A DNA stretch of 64,000 nt from Planctomycetota bacterium. Its GTDB lineage: Bacteria > Planctomycetota > UBA1135 > UBA2386. The stretch spans positions 1,824,001 through 1,888,000 of the forward strand of contig OZ245838.1 in the NCBI GenBank assembly GCA_965228735.1. Direction: 5' to 3'. Below the pieces are notes generated by a model. The model was not told where the DNA came from. It saw only the letters and a program-made list of their open reading frames with translations, and did not search any database. Position numbers and translations under genes: made by a program. Below are positions 11,275 through 24,147 of this stretch, one piece after another (position 1 is the stretch's first letter; each line of letters begins with the position of its first letter).

Positions 11275-13506
11275 CTACTGCAGACAGATGCGGAACCGCA
11301 TGCCCTGCGTCGCCGACAGCCCCATCGGCCCCGCGGGGTCGACCGGGATGATCTGCGAGAACAGGTAGAGGTTGTCGAAGAACGGATCGTTCGGCACCGC
11401 GAACGGGAACCCGATGTCACCGTTGCCGTCCGCGAAGCGCAGCTCGGTCACGGCCGGGCTGGCGACGAGCGCCGTGATGCCGAAGACCGGGTTGTTGTCC
11501 GGCGCGTAGTTCAGCAACAGGAACGTCGCCGCGTTCGCCGGCGCACCGCCGCCTTCGATCAACGGCGTGGCGCCGATGCACGCGGGCTGCGACAGGTCGA
11601 TCGTCGGAATGCCGCTGCCGCCCGCCGTGCCGGTGCCGTAGAGCTGCGGCGGCGACGAATCCGACGTCTGCGTCACGAGCACGTCGTCGATCGCCCAGCC
11701 GCCCGAGACGCCCGACCCGTTGGTCTGCAGCACGAAGCTGATCCGGAACTGCGACGCCGTGTTCGTGACCGGCGCGAGATCGATGTCGATGTCCTGCCAG
11801 CCGCCGTCGTTCTGCCCGACCACGTTCACGTAGACGATCGCGCCGTTGACCCGCACGGTCGCGATGTCACCCGGGTAGACCTCGAGCCAGCGGCGGAAGC
11901 GCAGACGCAGGTTCTGCAGGCCGTTCGTCGGGATGATCGGCGACAGCAGCGAGCAGCTCGCGTTGTTGGCATACGAACCGTTGGTCCCGTTGCCGAGGTC
12001 GTTCGCATACACGTTGTTGCCGGAGAACGCCGACGCGGGGTCCTGCCAGGACGTGCCGCCGGAGCTGCCGGCCTGGCCGCCCGGAGCGCCGCGCTCCCAG
12101 TCGTCGTTGAACCCGCTGTGGGTCCAGCCGAGGTCGCTCTCGAAGTCGTCGAAGAAGACCTCGTTGATCGTGCCGATGAGGAACGTGTGGGTGTCGACCT
12201 GCGGCGATCGCACGGTCCCGTACTGATCGTCGGCCTCGATGTAGTACTCGACCTCGGTGACCGCGTCCTGACCCGGGATCGACGCCCGGTACTCGTTCGG
12301 CTGCCCCGTCGGGTTCATCGGGGCCGCGATGAAGCTGCCCGAACCGACCACCCGCCACTGCAGCGTCACGCTGCCCAGCGGCTGGTTCGTGGTGACCACG
12401 GCGTCGACGTCGTACGGCCCGTCCTCGTTCGCCGTGTTGGTGAGCGGCGTGTGGCTCATCGCGAGCGTCGTCAGGTTGGGTTTGACGACGTAGAGCCCCG
12501 TCGTCCGGTCGGACACGAGGATGTTGCCCGACGGCAGGAACGGGTAGCAGCCCCACGCGCCGTTGAAGCCGCCCGAACTGCCGGGCCACGTGTCGTACGA
12601 CGCGACCTCGACCGGGTTGCTCGGGTCGCTGATGTCGAGGCACCGGTAGCCCTCGGTGTACCAGCTCACGTGGCACAGGTTGCCGATGATGAAGGCGTTG
12701 TGCGGGATCGAGCTCGGGTTCGGCGTGAACGTGCCGAGGCCGACCGGGTTGGTCTTGTTCGTGATGTCCCAGAACCGCACGACGCCGCCCGACACCTCGT
12801 CGGTCGTCACGCAGAGCGTGCCGGCCGCGTTGGGCCACGCGTTGTGCGTGAAGCTGCCCGGCGTGTTGGAGTCGCTCAGCGTCGTCGGCGGGAACGTCGA
12901 CACGTCGAAGATCCGCAGGTCGCCGTTGTAGATCATCGAGCCGTAGCCGTAGCCGTTCTCGACGCAGAGATCGTGGTAGTAGTTCGAGTTGCCCTGGCCG
13001 TACGCGAAGCCGAGGAACGGCGGATTCGTCGGGTTGGCCGCGAGGTCGTAGACCGGCGTGCCGGTGTTGCAGCCCGCGAGGTAGAGCCGGCCCGCGCCGA
13101 CATCGACGCAGACGTTGTGCGAGTTGTTCGAGTTGCCGGCGCCGACGACGCCGACCACGGACGGGTTGTTCGGCGTGACGAGGCTGAGGATCTGGAAGCC
13201 CTGACCGGCCTCGGTGCCGACGTAGGCGTACTGACCGTAGGTCCGGATGTCGCGCCACCCGGACGCCGCCCACGGGAAGAAGCCGCGTTCGACGGGCGCG
13301 GCGGGGTTGGTCACGTCGACGACGACCGTGCCCGTCGTCGTGCCGAGCAGCGCGTACTCGCTGCCGTTCGGCGCCGTGTAGCCCCAGACGTCGTTGTACG
13401 GGCCGTGGTTGTTGAACGTGCCGAGCAGCGTGCAGTTGACGCCCTGGGCGGTCAGGGGAGCGGCCGCGCAGACGGCGAGGAGGAGCAGCGAGCGGGGAAT
13501 GTGCAT
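11275..13506 (-). CDS. Choice-of-anchor B family (LVIVD-repeat) secreted protein
   Basis: Signal peptide; NDVWGY...EYAL, WRDIRTY, YYHD, FTHNAW, PHN, GAWGCYPF motifs. Confidence 0.85.
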   Translation of the reverse strand: MHIPRSLLLLAVCAAAPLTAQGVNCTLLGTFNNHGPYNDVWGYTAPNGSEYALLGTTTGTVVVDVTNPAAPVERGFFPWAASGWRDIRTYGQYAYVGTEAGQGFQILSLVTPNNPSVVGVVGAGNSNNSHNVCVDVGAGRLYLAGCNTGTPVYDLAANPTNPPFLGFAYGQGNSNYYHDLCVENGYGYGSMIYNGDLRIFDVSTFPPTTLSDSNTPGSFTHNAWPNAAGTLCVTTDEVSGGVVRFWDITNKTNPVGLGTFTPNPSSIPHNAFIIGNLCHVSWYTEGYRCLDISDPSNPVEVASYDTWPGSSGGFNGAWGCYPFLPSGNILVSDRTTGLYVVKPNLTTLAMSHTPLTNTANEDGPYDVDAVVTTNQPLGSVTLQWRVVGSGSFIAAPMNPTGQPNEYRASIPGQDAVTEVEYYIEADDQYGTVRSPQVDTHTFLIGTINEVFFDDFESDLGWTHSGFNDDWERGAPGGQAGSSGGTSWQDPASAFSGNNVYANDLGNGTNGSYANNASCSLLSPIIPTNGLQNLRLRFRRWLEVYPGDIATVRVNGAIVYVNVVGQNDGGWQDIDIDLAPVTNTASQFRISFVLQTNGSGVSGGWAIDDVLVTQTSDSSPPQLYGTGTAGGSGIPTIDLSQPACIGATPLIEGGGAPANAATFLLLNYAPDNNPVFGITALVASPAVTELRFADGNGDIGFPFAVPNDPFFDNLYLFSQIIPVDPAGPMGLSATQGMRFRICLQ

Positions 13507-13695
13507 GGTGTCAGAGGCAGGGGCCGCGGAGGCAGCCGAGCCGGGGGCCGGCAGAGTCTATGGGACGGCTCCGAACCCGCCAAGGCACCCTGCCCGGGCG
13601 CCCGGATCCGCCCGACCACCGGCCAAAACCGCGAACGGCACGCCGCATGGCGTGCCGTTCGCTCGGACCGCGGCCCGTTCGTGGCGTCCTGTTTG

Positions 13696-15609
13696 CTAGA
13701 CGTCGATCTGCGCTTCGCCCGCGTCCGACACGACGATGCCGATCGAGTTCACCGCATCGACGATCGCCCATTGGTGGTAGAGGGCAAGCCCCGCGAGCGC
13801 CGGGTTGGCCGGCACGTTGAACGTCGAGCTCGCCTCGCCCGCGCCGTTGGTGAAGATCAGCTGGGTCGCCTGCGGCGCCGCGTGGATGTCGCAACCCGGC
13901 GCGCCCGTGATCGCCGCGGGCAGCGGCTGACCGTTGAAGACGGTGTTCGACAGGCCGGTGACGATGAATGCGGGCGCACTCGGCGCCGCATCCGCGAGCG
14001 TCACGTCGTAGGACGAACCGACCGACGGCACGCCGTTGTTGCCGAGCACGGGCGTGAGGAACTGCTGGCTGCCGCCGACGCAGTAGATGTTGTAGCTCGG
14101 CGTGTTCGCCAGGCCCGACTGCGACCAGCTGCCCGACACCGCGGTGCGATAGTAGCCCGTGCCCCCGGTGCCGCTCGTCAGGTTCGAGATCACGCCGCCC
14201 GGCGAGTTCTCGTAGCCGACGAAGAACCGGCCCGTGACGCTGACCGGCGGGTTGAACGTGGCCTTGTAGAAGCCCGGCGCCGAGCCGACGGTGATCGTCG
14301 TCGAGGCCAGCGGCGTCGTCGAGGGCAGGCTGCCGGCCGGCAGGTAGATGTGCGCCGGACGCGTGATCGTGCCCGAGTTCGACGCGGTGTAGATGTCGAC
14401 GCTCTCGACGAGCAGCGTCCCCGCGTTGTTGACCTCGTAGCTGTACTCGTACTGGTTGGTGTTGTTCGACAGCGTGCCGCCGTTGCCGTTGAGCGACGCG
14501 CAGGCCACCGGGACCGACGCCGAGCCCTGGCAGCCGGCTCCGTACTTGCTGAACGACGCCGCGGTCGGCTTCACGATGAAGAGGCCGGACGAACGGTCCG
14601 ACACGAGGATGTTGCCCGACGGCAGGAACGGGTAGCAGCCCCAGCAGCCGTCATAGCCGCTCGTCGAGCCCGGGTAGGTGTCGTACGACGCGACCTCGAC
14701 CGGGTTGTTCGGGTCGCTGATGTCGATGCAGCGATAACCCTCGGAGTACCAGGCGACGTGGCACTTGTCACCGACGATGAACGCGTTGTGCGGGATCGTG
14801 ATCGAGTTCGGCGTGAACGTGCCGAGGCCGATCGGGTTGCTCTTGTTGGTGATGTCCCAGAACTTGACGACCGCGCCCGAGACCTCGTCGGTCGTGACGC
14901 AGATCGTGCCGGCCGCGTTCGGCCACGCGTTGTGCGTGAACGTGTCCGGCGTCGCCCGGCTGCTGAGCCCCGCGGACGGCCACGGCAGCGGCGCGTTGGC
15001 ATCGAAGATGCGCAGCACGCCGTTGTAGATCATCGAGCCGTAGGCGTAGCCGTTCTCCACGCACATGTCGTGGAAGTAGTTGCTGTTGCCACCGGGCCGC
15101 GCGAACCCGAGGAACGTCGGGTTCGCCGGGTTGGTGTTGAGGTCGTAGACCGGCGTGCCGGTGTTGCAGCCGACGAGGTAGAGGCGACCCGCGCCGAGGT
15201 CGACGCACGCGTTGTGCGCGTTGCCCGAGTTGGCCTGGCCGAACACCCCGACCGCAGTGGGACTCGCGGGGTTGCTCAGGTCGAGGATCTGGAAGCCGGC
15301 CGTCTGCTCCGTCGTGATGTAGGCGTAGTTGCCGTAGACGCGCGCGTCGCGCCACGTGCCGCCGCCGTAGGTGAAGAAGCCGGTCTCGACCGGCGTTGCC
15401 GGGTTGGTGACGTCGACGACGACCGTGCCCGTGGTCGTGCACAGCAGCGCGTACTCGTCGCCGTTCGGCGCCACGTAGCCCCAGATGTCGTTGAACGGGC
15501 CGTGATTGGCGAACGTCCCGAGCAGAGCGCAGTTGGTGCCTTGGGCGAGGAGCGGCGTAGCCGCGAGGGTGGCGGCAGCGAGAAGGAGGGTCGGGCGGAG
15601 GATACGCAT
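13696..15609 (-). CDS. Choice-of-anchor B family secreted protein (paralog)
   Basis: N-terminal ~350 aa closely similar to 11275..13506; signal peptide begins MRILRPTLLL. Confidence 0.85.
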   Translation of the reverse strand: MRILRPTLLLAAATLAATPLLAQGTNCALLGTFANHGPFNDIWGYVAPNGDEYALLCTTTGTVVVDVTNPATPVETGFFTYGGGTWRDARVYGNYAYITTEQTAGFQILDLSNPASPTAVGVFGQANSGNAHNACVDLGAGRLYLVGCNTGTPVYDLNTNPANPTFLGFARPGGNSNYFHDMCVENGYAYGSMIYNGVLRIFDANAPLPWPSAGLSSRATPDTFTHNAWPNAAGTICVTTDEVSGAVVKFWDITNKSNPIGLGTFTPNSITIPHNAFIVGDKCHVAWYSEGYRCIDISDPNNPVEVASYDTYPGSTSGYDGCWGCYPFLPSGNILVSDRSSGLFIVKPTAASFSKYGAGCQGSASVPVACASLNGNGGTLSNNTNQYEYSYEVNNAGTLLVESVDIYTASNSGTITRPAHIYLPAGSLPSTTPLASTTITVGSAPGFYKATFNPPVSVTGRFFVGYENSPGGVISNLTSGTGGTGYYRTAVSGSWSQSGLANTPSYNIYCVGGSQQFLTPVLGNNGVPSVGSSYDVTLADAAPSAPAFIVTGLSNTVFNGQPLPAAITGAPGCDIHAAPQATQLIFTNGAGEASSTFNVPANPALAGLALYHQWAIVDAVNSIGIVVSDAGEAQIDV

Positions 15610-15858
15610 AGAGGGAGCTCTCGGTCCGGACGGACCGGGGGGGGGATGCTGAGCAGGCGCGGTCAAGTGTAGATGCGGCCGGGCAATTCGCCAAGGCAGG
15701 CCGCCACCATCATGACCGTGACGTCCTTGGGACGGACGCTTCGCGACCGCGCCGGGCCGTATTGCCGCTGCGGAACGCGGCGCGGTCCGGCCCGAACGCC
15801 ACGCCCGCCCGCACGCGCCGACTGCACGCGCCAATCGAACGGGCCGACCGACCGTGGC

Positions 15859-17172
15859 TCAGGGCGACAACAACCCGGCCACCAGCTCGAGAGTGCGCTG
15901 CGTCGCGCCCTGATTGCGCCGAATCACGGCCTGCGCGTTCTCGCCGAGCTCGGCGCGCCGAGCCGGCGCCGCGCAGAGGTCCCCGAGCACCGTCGCGAGT
16001 TCGTCGCGGTCGCCGACCTGGATCGCGGCGTCGCCCGCGAGCAGCTCCTCGACGTCGCGCCGAAAGTTCGTCGTGTGCGGACCGAACACCGTCGCGACCG
16101 AGAGCGCCGCCGGCTCGAGCATGTTCTGGCCGCCGTGCGGAATCAGGCTGCCACCGACGAACGCGACATCGGCCACCGCATAGAAGCCTTGCAGCTGCCC
16201 GATCATGTCGACGACCACGACCGCGTCGTCCGCGACCGGCGGCAGCTCCTGCATCGCGCTCCAACGCGCGACCGGCGTGCCCGCCGCCGCGAGCTGATCG
16301 CAGACCGCCGGCGAACGCTCGGGATGCCGCGGCACGAGCACGACCCGCAGCCGCCGGCCGCTCGCCCGGCTCGCGGCCGCCGCCGCCTCGAGCACCCAGA
16401 GTTCTTCGTCGGCGTGCGTCGAGCCCGCGACGAGCACGAGCTCGTCGGTCGGCGCCAGCCACCGGCGCAGGGGTGACGACGCCTCCGCGGGCTCCCCCAT
16501 CACCACGCTGTCGTACTTCATGTTGCCCGTGACGTGCACGCGGCCCGGGTCGACGCCGAGGTCGACGAGCCGGCGCTGGTACGACTTGTCCTGCACGCAG
16601 TAGGTCGCGATCAGATCGAGCTGCGGCAGCAGTCCGCGCGCGAGCCGGTAGCCCTTGAACGTGCGCTCGCTGATGCGGCCGTTGATGACCGCGACGGGCA
16701 CGCCGCGGCGATGCGCGCCCTGCAGGAAGTTGGGCCAGATCTCGAGTTCCATGAGCAGCACGCAGCGCGGCCGGATGCGCCGCAGCGCGCGGCCGGGGAA
16801 CGGGCCGAGGTCGACCGGATAGAACACGACCGGCAGGTCCGGATGCTCCTGCCGCGCGACCTGGTGACCGTTCGGCGTCGTCGACGAGATCACGAGCTGC
16901 AGGTCGGGTCGGCGTTCGCGCAGCAGCGTGATGAAGTTGCGCGCCGCCTTGACCTCCCCGACGGACACGCCGTGGATCCAGACGATATCGCCGCTCCGCG
17001 AGTCGAACCGCGGCGCGCCCCCCATCCGTTCGCGCAGCGCGGTGCGGTAGCGATGATCCCAGAGCAGTCGCCAGACGAGGATGGGGCTGTACACGAGCAG
17101 CCCCAGGAACAGCAGCGGCTGGTAGATCCCCATGGTCAACCAGCCGCGCAGCGCGGGCATCTTCGTGATCAA
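15859..17172 (-). CDS. waaA: 3-deoxy-D-manno-octulosonic acid (Kdo) transferase
   Basis: Motifs WIHGVSVGE, ELEIWPN, GNMKYD, AGSTH, VPRHPER, GGSL..HGGQNMLEPA. Confidence 0.93.
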   Translation of the reverse strand: MITKMPALRGWLTMGIYQPLLFLGLLVYSPILVWRLLWDHRYRTALRERMGGAPRFDSRSGDIVWIHGVSVGEVKAARNFITLLRERRPDLQLVISSTTPNGHQVARQEHPDLPVVFYPVDLGPFPGRALRRIRPRCVLLMELEIWPNFLQGAHRRGVPVAVINGRISERTFKGYRLARGLLPQLDLIATYCVQDKSYQRRLVDLGVDPGRVHVTGNMKYDSVVMGEPAEASSPLRRWLAPTDELVLVAGSTHADEELWVLEAAAAASRASGRRLRVVLVPRHPERSPAVCDQLAAAGTPVARWSAMQELPPVADDAVVVVDMIGQLQGFYAVADVAFVGGSLIPHGGQNMLEPAALSVATVFGPHTTNFRRDVEELLAGDAAIQVGDRDELATVLGDLCAAPARRAELGENAQAVIRRNQGATQRTLELVAGLLSP

Positions 17173-17224
17173 CGGAAACGTCGGGCTCGGGCGGCGCGCG
17201 GCCGCCAGCTGGCTGTTCTCACAC

Positions 17225-20254
<3,030 letters not shown>

Positions 20255-20458
20255 GACAGTTGTGGAATCGAATGTGGAATGCGGGAAGGAGCACGGCGGA
20301 GACGGGTGCAAGGACCCGCGTGCAAGCCGCCGAACGGGACGCACGACCGCGTGCATCCCGGGATGACTCGAACTCGATCGACCGCCGCACCGCTCGCAGC
20401 CGGCGAACGGGCACCTGCACCGAGGCGGGCAGAGCGAGCTGGCGGTCGGCCGAGCGAA

Positions 20459-20749
20459 TCAGGCGCGCGTCGGGGCGCGCGGCGCGGGCAGGCCGTGATC
20501 GCGCACGGAGCGCTGTACGGGCAGCGGTCGCACCGCCTCGACGATCGCGCGGAACGCGGGCCGTTCGGTGCCGGCGACCTCGTCGGCCTCGTTGCGCTGC
20601 TGGCGCGTGGTGCGCGCCTCGCGCAGCACCGCCGCGACGACCTCGGGCGAACCGTCGCCGCCACTCCGCGACTGGACCGCGGGCGCCGTGGCGAACAGCA
20701 CGAGCAGCAACGCCGGCGCGAACCAGGCCATACCGCTGCGCCCGATCAC
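20459..20749 (-). CDS. Small hypothetical exported/membrane protein
   Basis: GTGA overlap with the upstream gene; hydrophobic N-terminus; ends with PxRAP. Confidence 0.4.
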   Translation of the reverse strand: MIGRSGMAWFAPALLLVLFATAPAVQSRSGGDGSPEVVAAVLREARTTRQQRNEADEVAGTERPAFRAIVEAVRPLPVQRSVRDHGLPAPRAPTRA

Positions 20750-21666
20750 CGGCGATCGTCCTCCGGCCGGGTGGACCTGGCCGACCGGGTCTCGGCCGAC
20801 CTGGCTTGGGCGCCGGTCCGGGCTGCTGGCGGGGTCTTCAACACGCGGTCCATCATCTCGTAGAGCAGCGCCTCGGGGAACGGCTTGGCCAGGAACCCAT
20901 CGGCTTTCTTGATGTCCGCCATGGAGACCCGCGCCGCGCTGTTGAGCAGGATCGGCACACCGGCCGTCGCGGGATCCGCGCGAAGGCGCGCAATCACCTG
21001 CAAACCATCGAGTTCTGGAAGTTCGTAGTCGAGCAGCACGAGATCGGGCAACAGCTCACCGGCGGCTCCGACCGCGGCAACGCCATCGTGCACCGTATAG
21101 GTCCGGTAGCCGCGCCGCGAAAGGAGCGCCTCGACCGCGTCGGCGAGATCCTCCTCGTCGTCGACGACGAGCACGAGCCCGCGGCACTTCGTGCCGTCCT
21201 TGCCATCGCCCGTCGGTTCGCAGTCGGCGACGAGCTGCCGCCGCACGACGGCACAGGTATCGAGCCCGGCGTTCTCGAAGTCGGTCTCGATCGTGCCCTT
21301 GAGCTCACGGTTGAATTTCCGCAGCGCCATCCAGGCGTCGTAGTCCGGGAAATCCGGCTTGATCTCCATCTGATCGTGCGAATCGACCGCGAAGAAGAAC
21401 TCGCCGACCACGAGGTGCTCCTGCAGGAGCAGCTTCATGAACGGGTAGTTGCGGTTGCCGAGACGCAGCGAGTAGCGCTGGCACGGGAAGCCCGGCACCG
21501 TCTCGACGCTCTCCTTGTGGAACATCGCGAGCAGCTCGTCGGTGTCCGTCGTGGACGGCACCTCGACCTTCTTCCGCTTGCCGCGGCCGCCGGCGCCGTA
21601 GGCCCGGTCCTGGTAGATCTCGATCGCGCGTTCGAGCAGTGCCGCCGTCAGCGCTTCGAGTCTCAT
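20746..21666 (-). CDS. Response regulator (C-terminal REC) with uncharacterised N-terminal domain
   Basis: VLVVDDE, PDLVLLDYELPELDG, FLAKPF in the C-terminal half. Confidence 0.85.
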   Translation of the reverse strand: MRLEALTAALLERAIEIYQDRAYGAGGRGKRKKVEVPSTTDTDELLAMFHKESVETVPGFPCQRYSLRLGNRNYPFMKLLLQEHLVVGEFFFAVDSHDQMEIKPDFPDYDAWMALRKFNRELKGTIETDFENAGLDTCAVVRRQLVADCEPTGDGKDGTKCRGLVLVVDDEEDLADAVEALLSRRGYRTYTVHDGVAAVGAAGELLPDLVLLDYELPELDGLQVIARLRADPATAGVPILLNSAARVSMADIKKADGFLAKPFPEALLYEMMDRVLKTPPAARTGAQARSAETRSARSTRPEDDRR

Positions 21667-22658
21667 CGGGCCCCCTCCGCTCGAAGTCGATCGCTCGCCG
21701 TGGCACCGGAAGCCTGGCGGACCGCGCGCTGGCGCGCGTGCCGCGCGTCGTCGGGGAGCGCACTGCCGACGAGGTCGGCCGCGGTCCGCCCGAGCTCGCC
21801 GAGGCGCTGCTCGAGCTCATCGACGAGCCGCACCATGAGGGCCGGATCGGCGAACTGCGCGGTGCCGACCTGCACCGCGGCTGCTCCGGCACACAAGAAC
21901 TCGAGCACGTCGCTGCTGGTCTGGATGCCGCCGACTCCGATGACGGGGATCTGCACGTTCTTGCAGACCTCATAGACCATGCGGACGGCGACCGGGCGAA
22001 TTGCCGGACCGGAAAGTCCGCCGATACCGCGCCCGAGGATCGGCCGCTGCTGCCGCCAGTCGATCGCCATGCCGATCAGCGTGTTGATCGCCGTGAGGCC
22101 GTCGGCGCCGCCCGCCTCGGCCGCCTTCGCGATCTCGACGATGTCGGTCACGTTCGGCGACAGCTTGGCGAAGACCGGCACCTCGGTCACCTGCTTGACG
22201 GCCGCGACCGCGCGCTCGCACGAGCTCGGGTCGGTCGAGAACAGCAGCCGCCCCTCCTGCACGTTGGGACACGACAGGTTGACCTCGAGCGCGTCGACGC
22301 CGGCCGCCGTGAAGCGCTCCGCGAGCTCGACGAACTCGGCGATCGACTCGCCCCCGATGTTGACGATCAGCGCGCCGTGCTCGCCGACGAGCTCGCGCAT
22401 CTTCGGCAGCGATTCGGGGATGAAGTGGTCGACGCCTTTGTTCTCGAGGCCGATCGAGTTGAGCATCCCGGCCGGCGTCTCCTGGATCCGCGGCGGCGGG
22501 TTGCCGGGCCGCGGCTTGACCGTGACCGTCTTGCTCACGAGGCCGCCGACCTTGGACAGATCGGAGAACGCGCGGCCCTCCCACCCCGAACCGAAGGTTC
22601 CCGAAGCACTGAGGACCGGGTTGGTCAGCGTCAGCGGTCCGAGTCGGGTCTGCAGCAC
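21663..22658 (-). CDS. pyrD: Dihydroorotate dehydrogenase, family 1 catalytic subunit
   Basis: Motifs ASGTFG, GMLNSIGLEN, EVNLSCPNV, KLSPNV, INT, GGLSG. Confidence 0.93.
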   Translation of the reverse strand: MLQTRLGPLTLTNPVLSASGTFGSGWEGRAFSDLSKVGGLVSKTVTVKPRPGNPPPRIQETPAGMLNSIGLENKGVDHFIPESLPKMRELVGEHGALIVNIGGESIAEFVELAERFTAAGVDALEVNLSCPNVQEGRLLFSTDPSSCERAVAAVKQVTEVPVFAKLSPNVTDIVEIAKAAEAGGADGLTAINTLIGMAIDWRQQRPILGRGIGGLSGPAIRPVAVRMVYEVCKNVQIPVIGVGGIQTSSDVLEFLCAGAAAVQVGTAQFADPALMVRLVDELEQRLGELGRTAADLVGSALPDDARHARQRAVRQASGATASDRLRAEGAR

Positions 22659-22690
22659 GATGATTGGAGTTTACTGCCTCAGCGCGGCGG

Positions 22691-23434
22691 TTACTCGCTC
22701 TCGGCCGGTTCTTTCGGGCCGTCCCCAGTAGCAGCCGGCCCAGTAGCAGTCGGGGCAGTGGCAGTCGTCGCGGCCGGGGTCGCCGCGCGGGGTTGGCGTT
22801 CGGCCGCGGCTGCGGCGCGGTCGTCACGCCACAGCACGAAGAACAGCACGATCGCGCCGACGGTGATGCACGAGTCGGCCACGTTGAACGCCGGGAAGCC
22901 ATACTCGACCGGCCAGCGGAACGTGAAGTACAGGAAGTCGCGGACCGCGCGGCTCTGGCAGAAGAAGTTGTCGTAGAGGTTGCCGACCGCGCCCGCGAAG
23001 ATCAGCGACAGGGTCACGAGCGTCACCTTGCGCGCCCGCCCTGTCCGGTAGACGAACACGAGCAGCCCGATCACCGCGGCACAGCGCAGGACCATGAGGA
23101 TCTCGGTGCCGTCCTGGAACAGGCCCCAGATCGTGCCCTCGTTGCGCCACTGCACGAGGTCGAAGTCGAGCGCCCACGTCGCGAACACCGCGTGGCTACG
23201 GTAGGCCTCGGCCTGGTCCGCGTACTCGGTCTCGAGGAACCCGAAGACCAGGCTCTTGCTGACGAGATCGAGCGCGACGAGCAGCGGCCACGGCAACCAG
23301 AAGCAGAGCTTCCCCCCGAAGCCGCGCTCGGGCGGGGCACCAGCGCCGGCTGTTCCGGCCGAGGATGACGCCGCCGCGGATGACGCAGCCGCGGATGACG
23401 CAGCCGGATCGGAGGACGCGGCCGGATCGCTCAC
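22691..23434 (-). CDS. lspA: Lipoprotein signal peptidase II
   Basis: Motifs N.G..WG, GAVGNLYD, VRDF, PAFNVADSCI; GTG start overlapping the upstream TGA; Ala/Ser-rich termini. Confidence 0.9.
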   Translation of the reverse strand: MSDPAASSDPAASSAAASSAAASSSAGTAGAGAPPERGFGGKLCFWLPWPLLVALDLVSKSLVFGFLETEYADQAEAYRSHAVFATWALDFDLVQWRNEGTIWGLFQDGTEILMVLRCAAVIGLLVFVYRTGRARKVTLVTLSLIFAGAVGNLYDNFFCQSRAVRDFLYFTFRWPVEYGFPAFNVADSCITVGAIVLFFVLWRDDRAAAAAERQPRAATPAATTATAPTATGPAATGDGPKEPAESE

Positions 23435-23904
23435 GCGATCTCGCGTCGGCGTTCCTCGGCTTCCTGGTGGCGCACGCAATAGCGCGCCCACGGCAGGTAC
23501 TCGAGTCGGGCCTTCGGGATCCAGGCCTCGGGCTTCTTGCTGGCCTTGGCCTTCTTCGCCTTCTTGGCGGCGCGCGCCTTGGGCACCTTGCGCTCCTTGG
23601 CCTCGGCGATCTCCTCCGCGCAGAGCGGGCACTCGCCGAACGGCCAGTCGCCGTTGCCGTCGATGCGATCGAGGGCCTCCTCGATCAGCTTGATCGTCTC
23701 TTCCTCGTTCTCGATGAGGCCGAGCATGAAGCCCTGGTCGTAGTTGTCGGTGCCCTGGTCGGCGAGGTGATCGACCGACGCGTCCTGCTCCGAGGCGCGC
23801 AACGCTTCGTCGCGCATCGAGCCGACGTCACCGCGCAGGCTTGCGAGCTGCGTCTCGAGGATCTTCTTGTACTTGGTGAGATCCGCCTTCGTGGGCTTCG
23901 CCAT
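23431..23904 (-). CDS. TraR/DksA family transcription factor
   Basis: Coiled coil with HLADQGTD, then ALDRI...FGECPLC ... IP.ARLE.LPWARYC..H. Confidence 0.9.
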   Translation of the reverse strand: MAKPTKADLTKYKKILETQLASLRGDVGSMRDEALRASEQDASVDHLADQGTDNYDQGFMLGLIENEEETIKLIEEALDRIDGNGDWPFGECPLCAEEIAEAKERKVPKARAAKKAKKAKASKKPEAWIPKARLEYLPWARYCVRHQEAEERRREIA

Positions 23905-24147
23905 AAATCTCTGCTCTTTAGCTACTTCCGGCAGTGCCTACCCAGTTGCTGGTCGCGGATCGCCGCCTGTGCGGGACGCGCCCCTCCGCTTCGAACGGTG
24001 CGCATCGAGGCGATGCGGCCGAGCGGGGCGAGGACAATACAACGCCCAGCGAAGGCGTCAAGCGGTCTCGCGAGCCGGCGGGGACCATCGCACGGCGTTC
24101 TCGACTTCGCCCCTCCCACCGCCGGCGCCGAGCCCTAGAGTGGCGGG

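Noticed and set aside
15637..15645. G9 homopolymer upstream of a choice-of-anchor B gene as a phase-variation switch
   Set aside because: Not clearly within a promoter spacer or CDS; unremarkable at this GC content without read-level length variation.
12118..15672. Very long alternative-frame ORFs (1184 aa here; also 32193-36620, 26773-29727, 18068-20863)
   Set aside because: Shadow ORFs overlapping well-supported genes in stop-poor high-GC DNA; low-complexity products without motifs.
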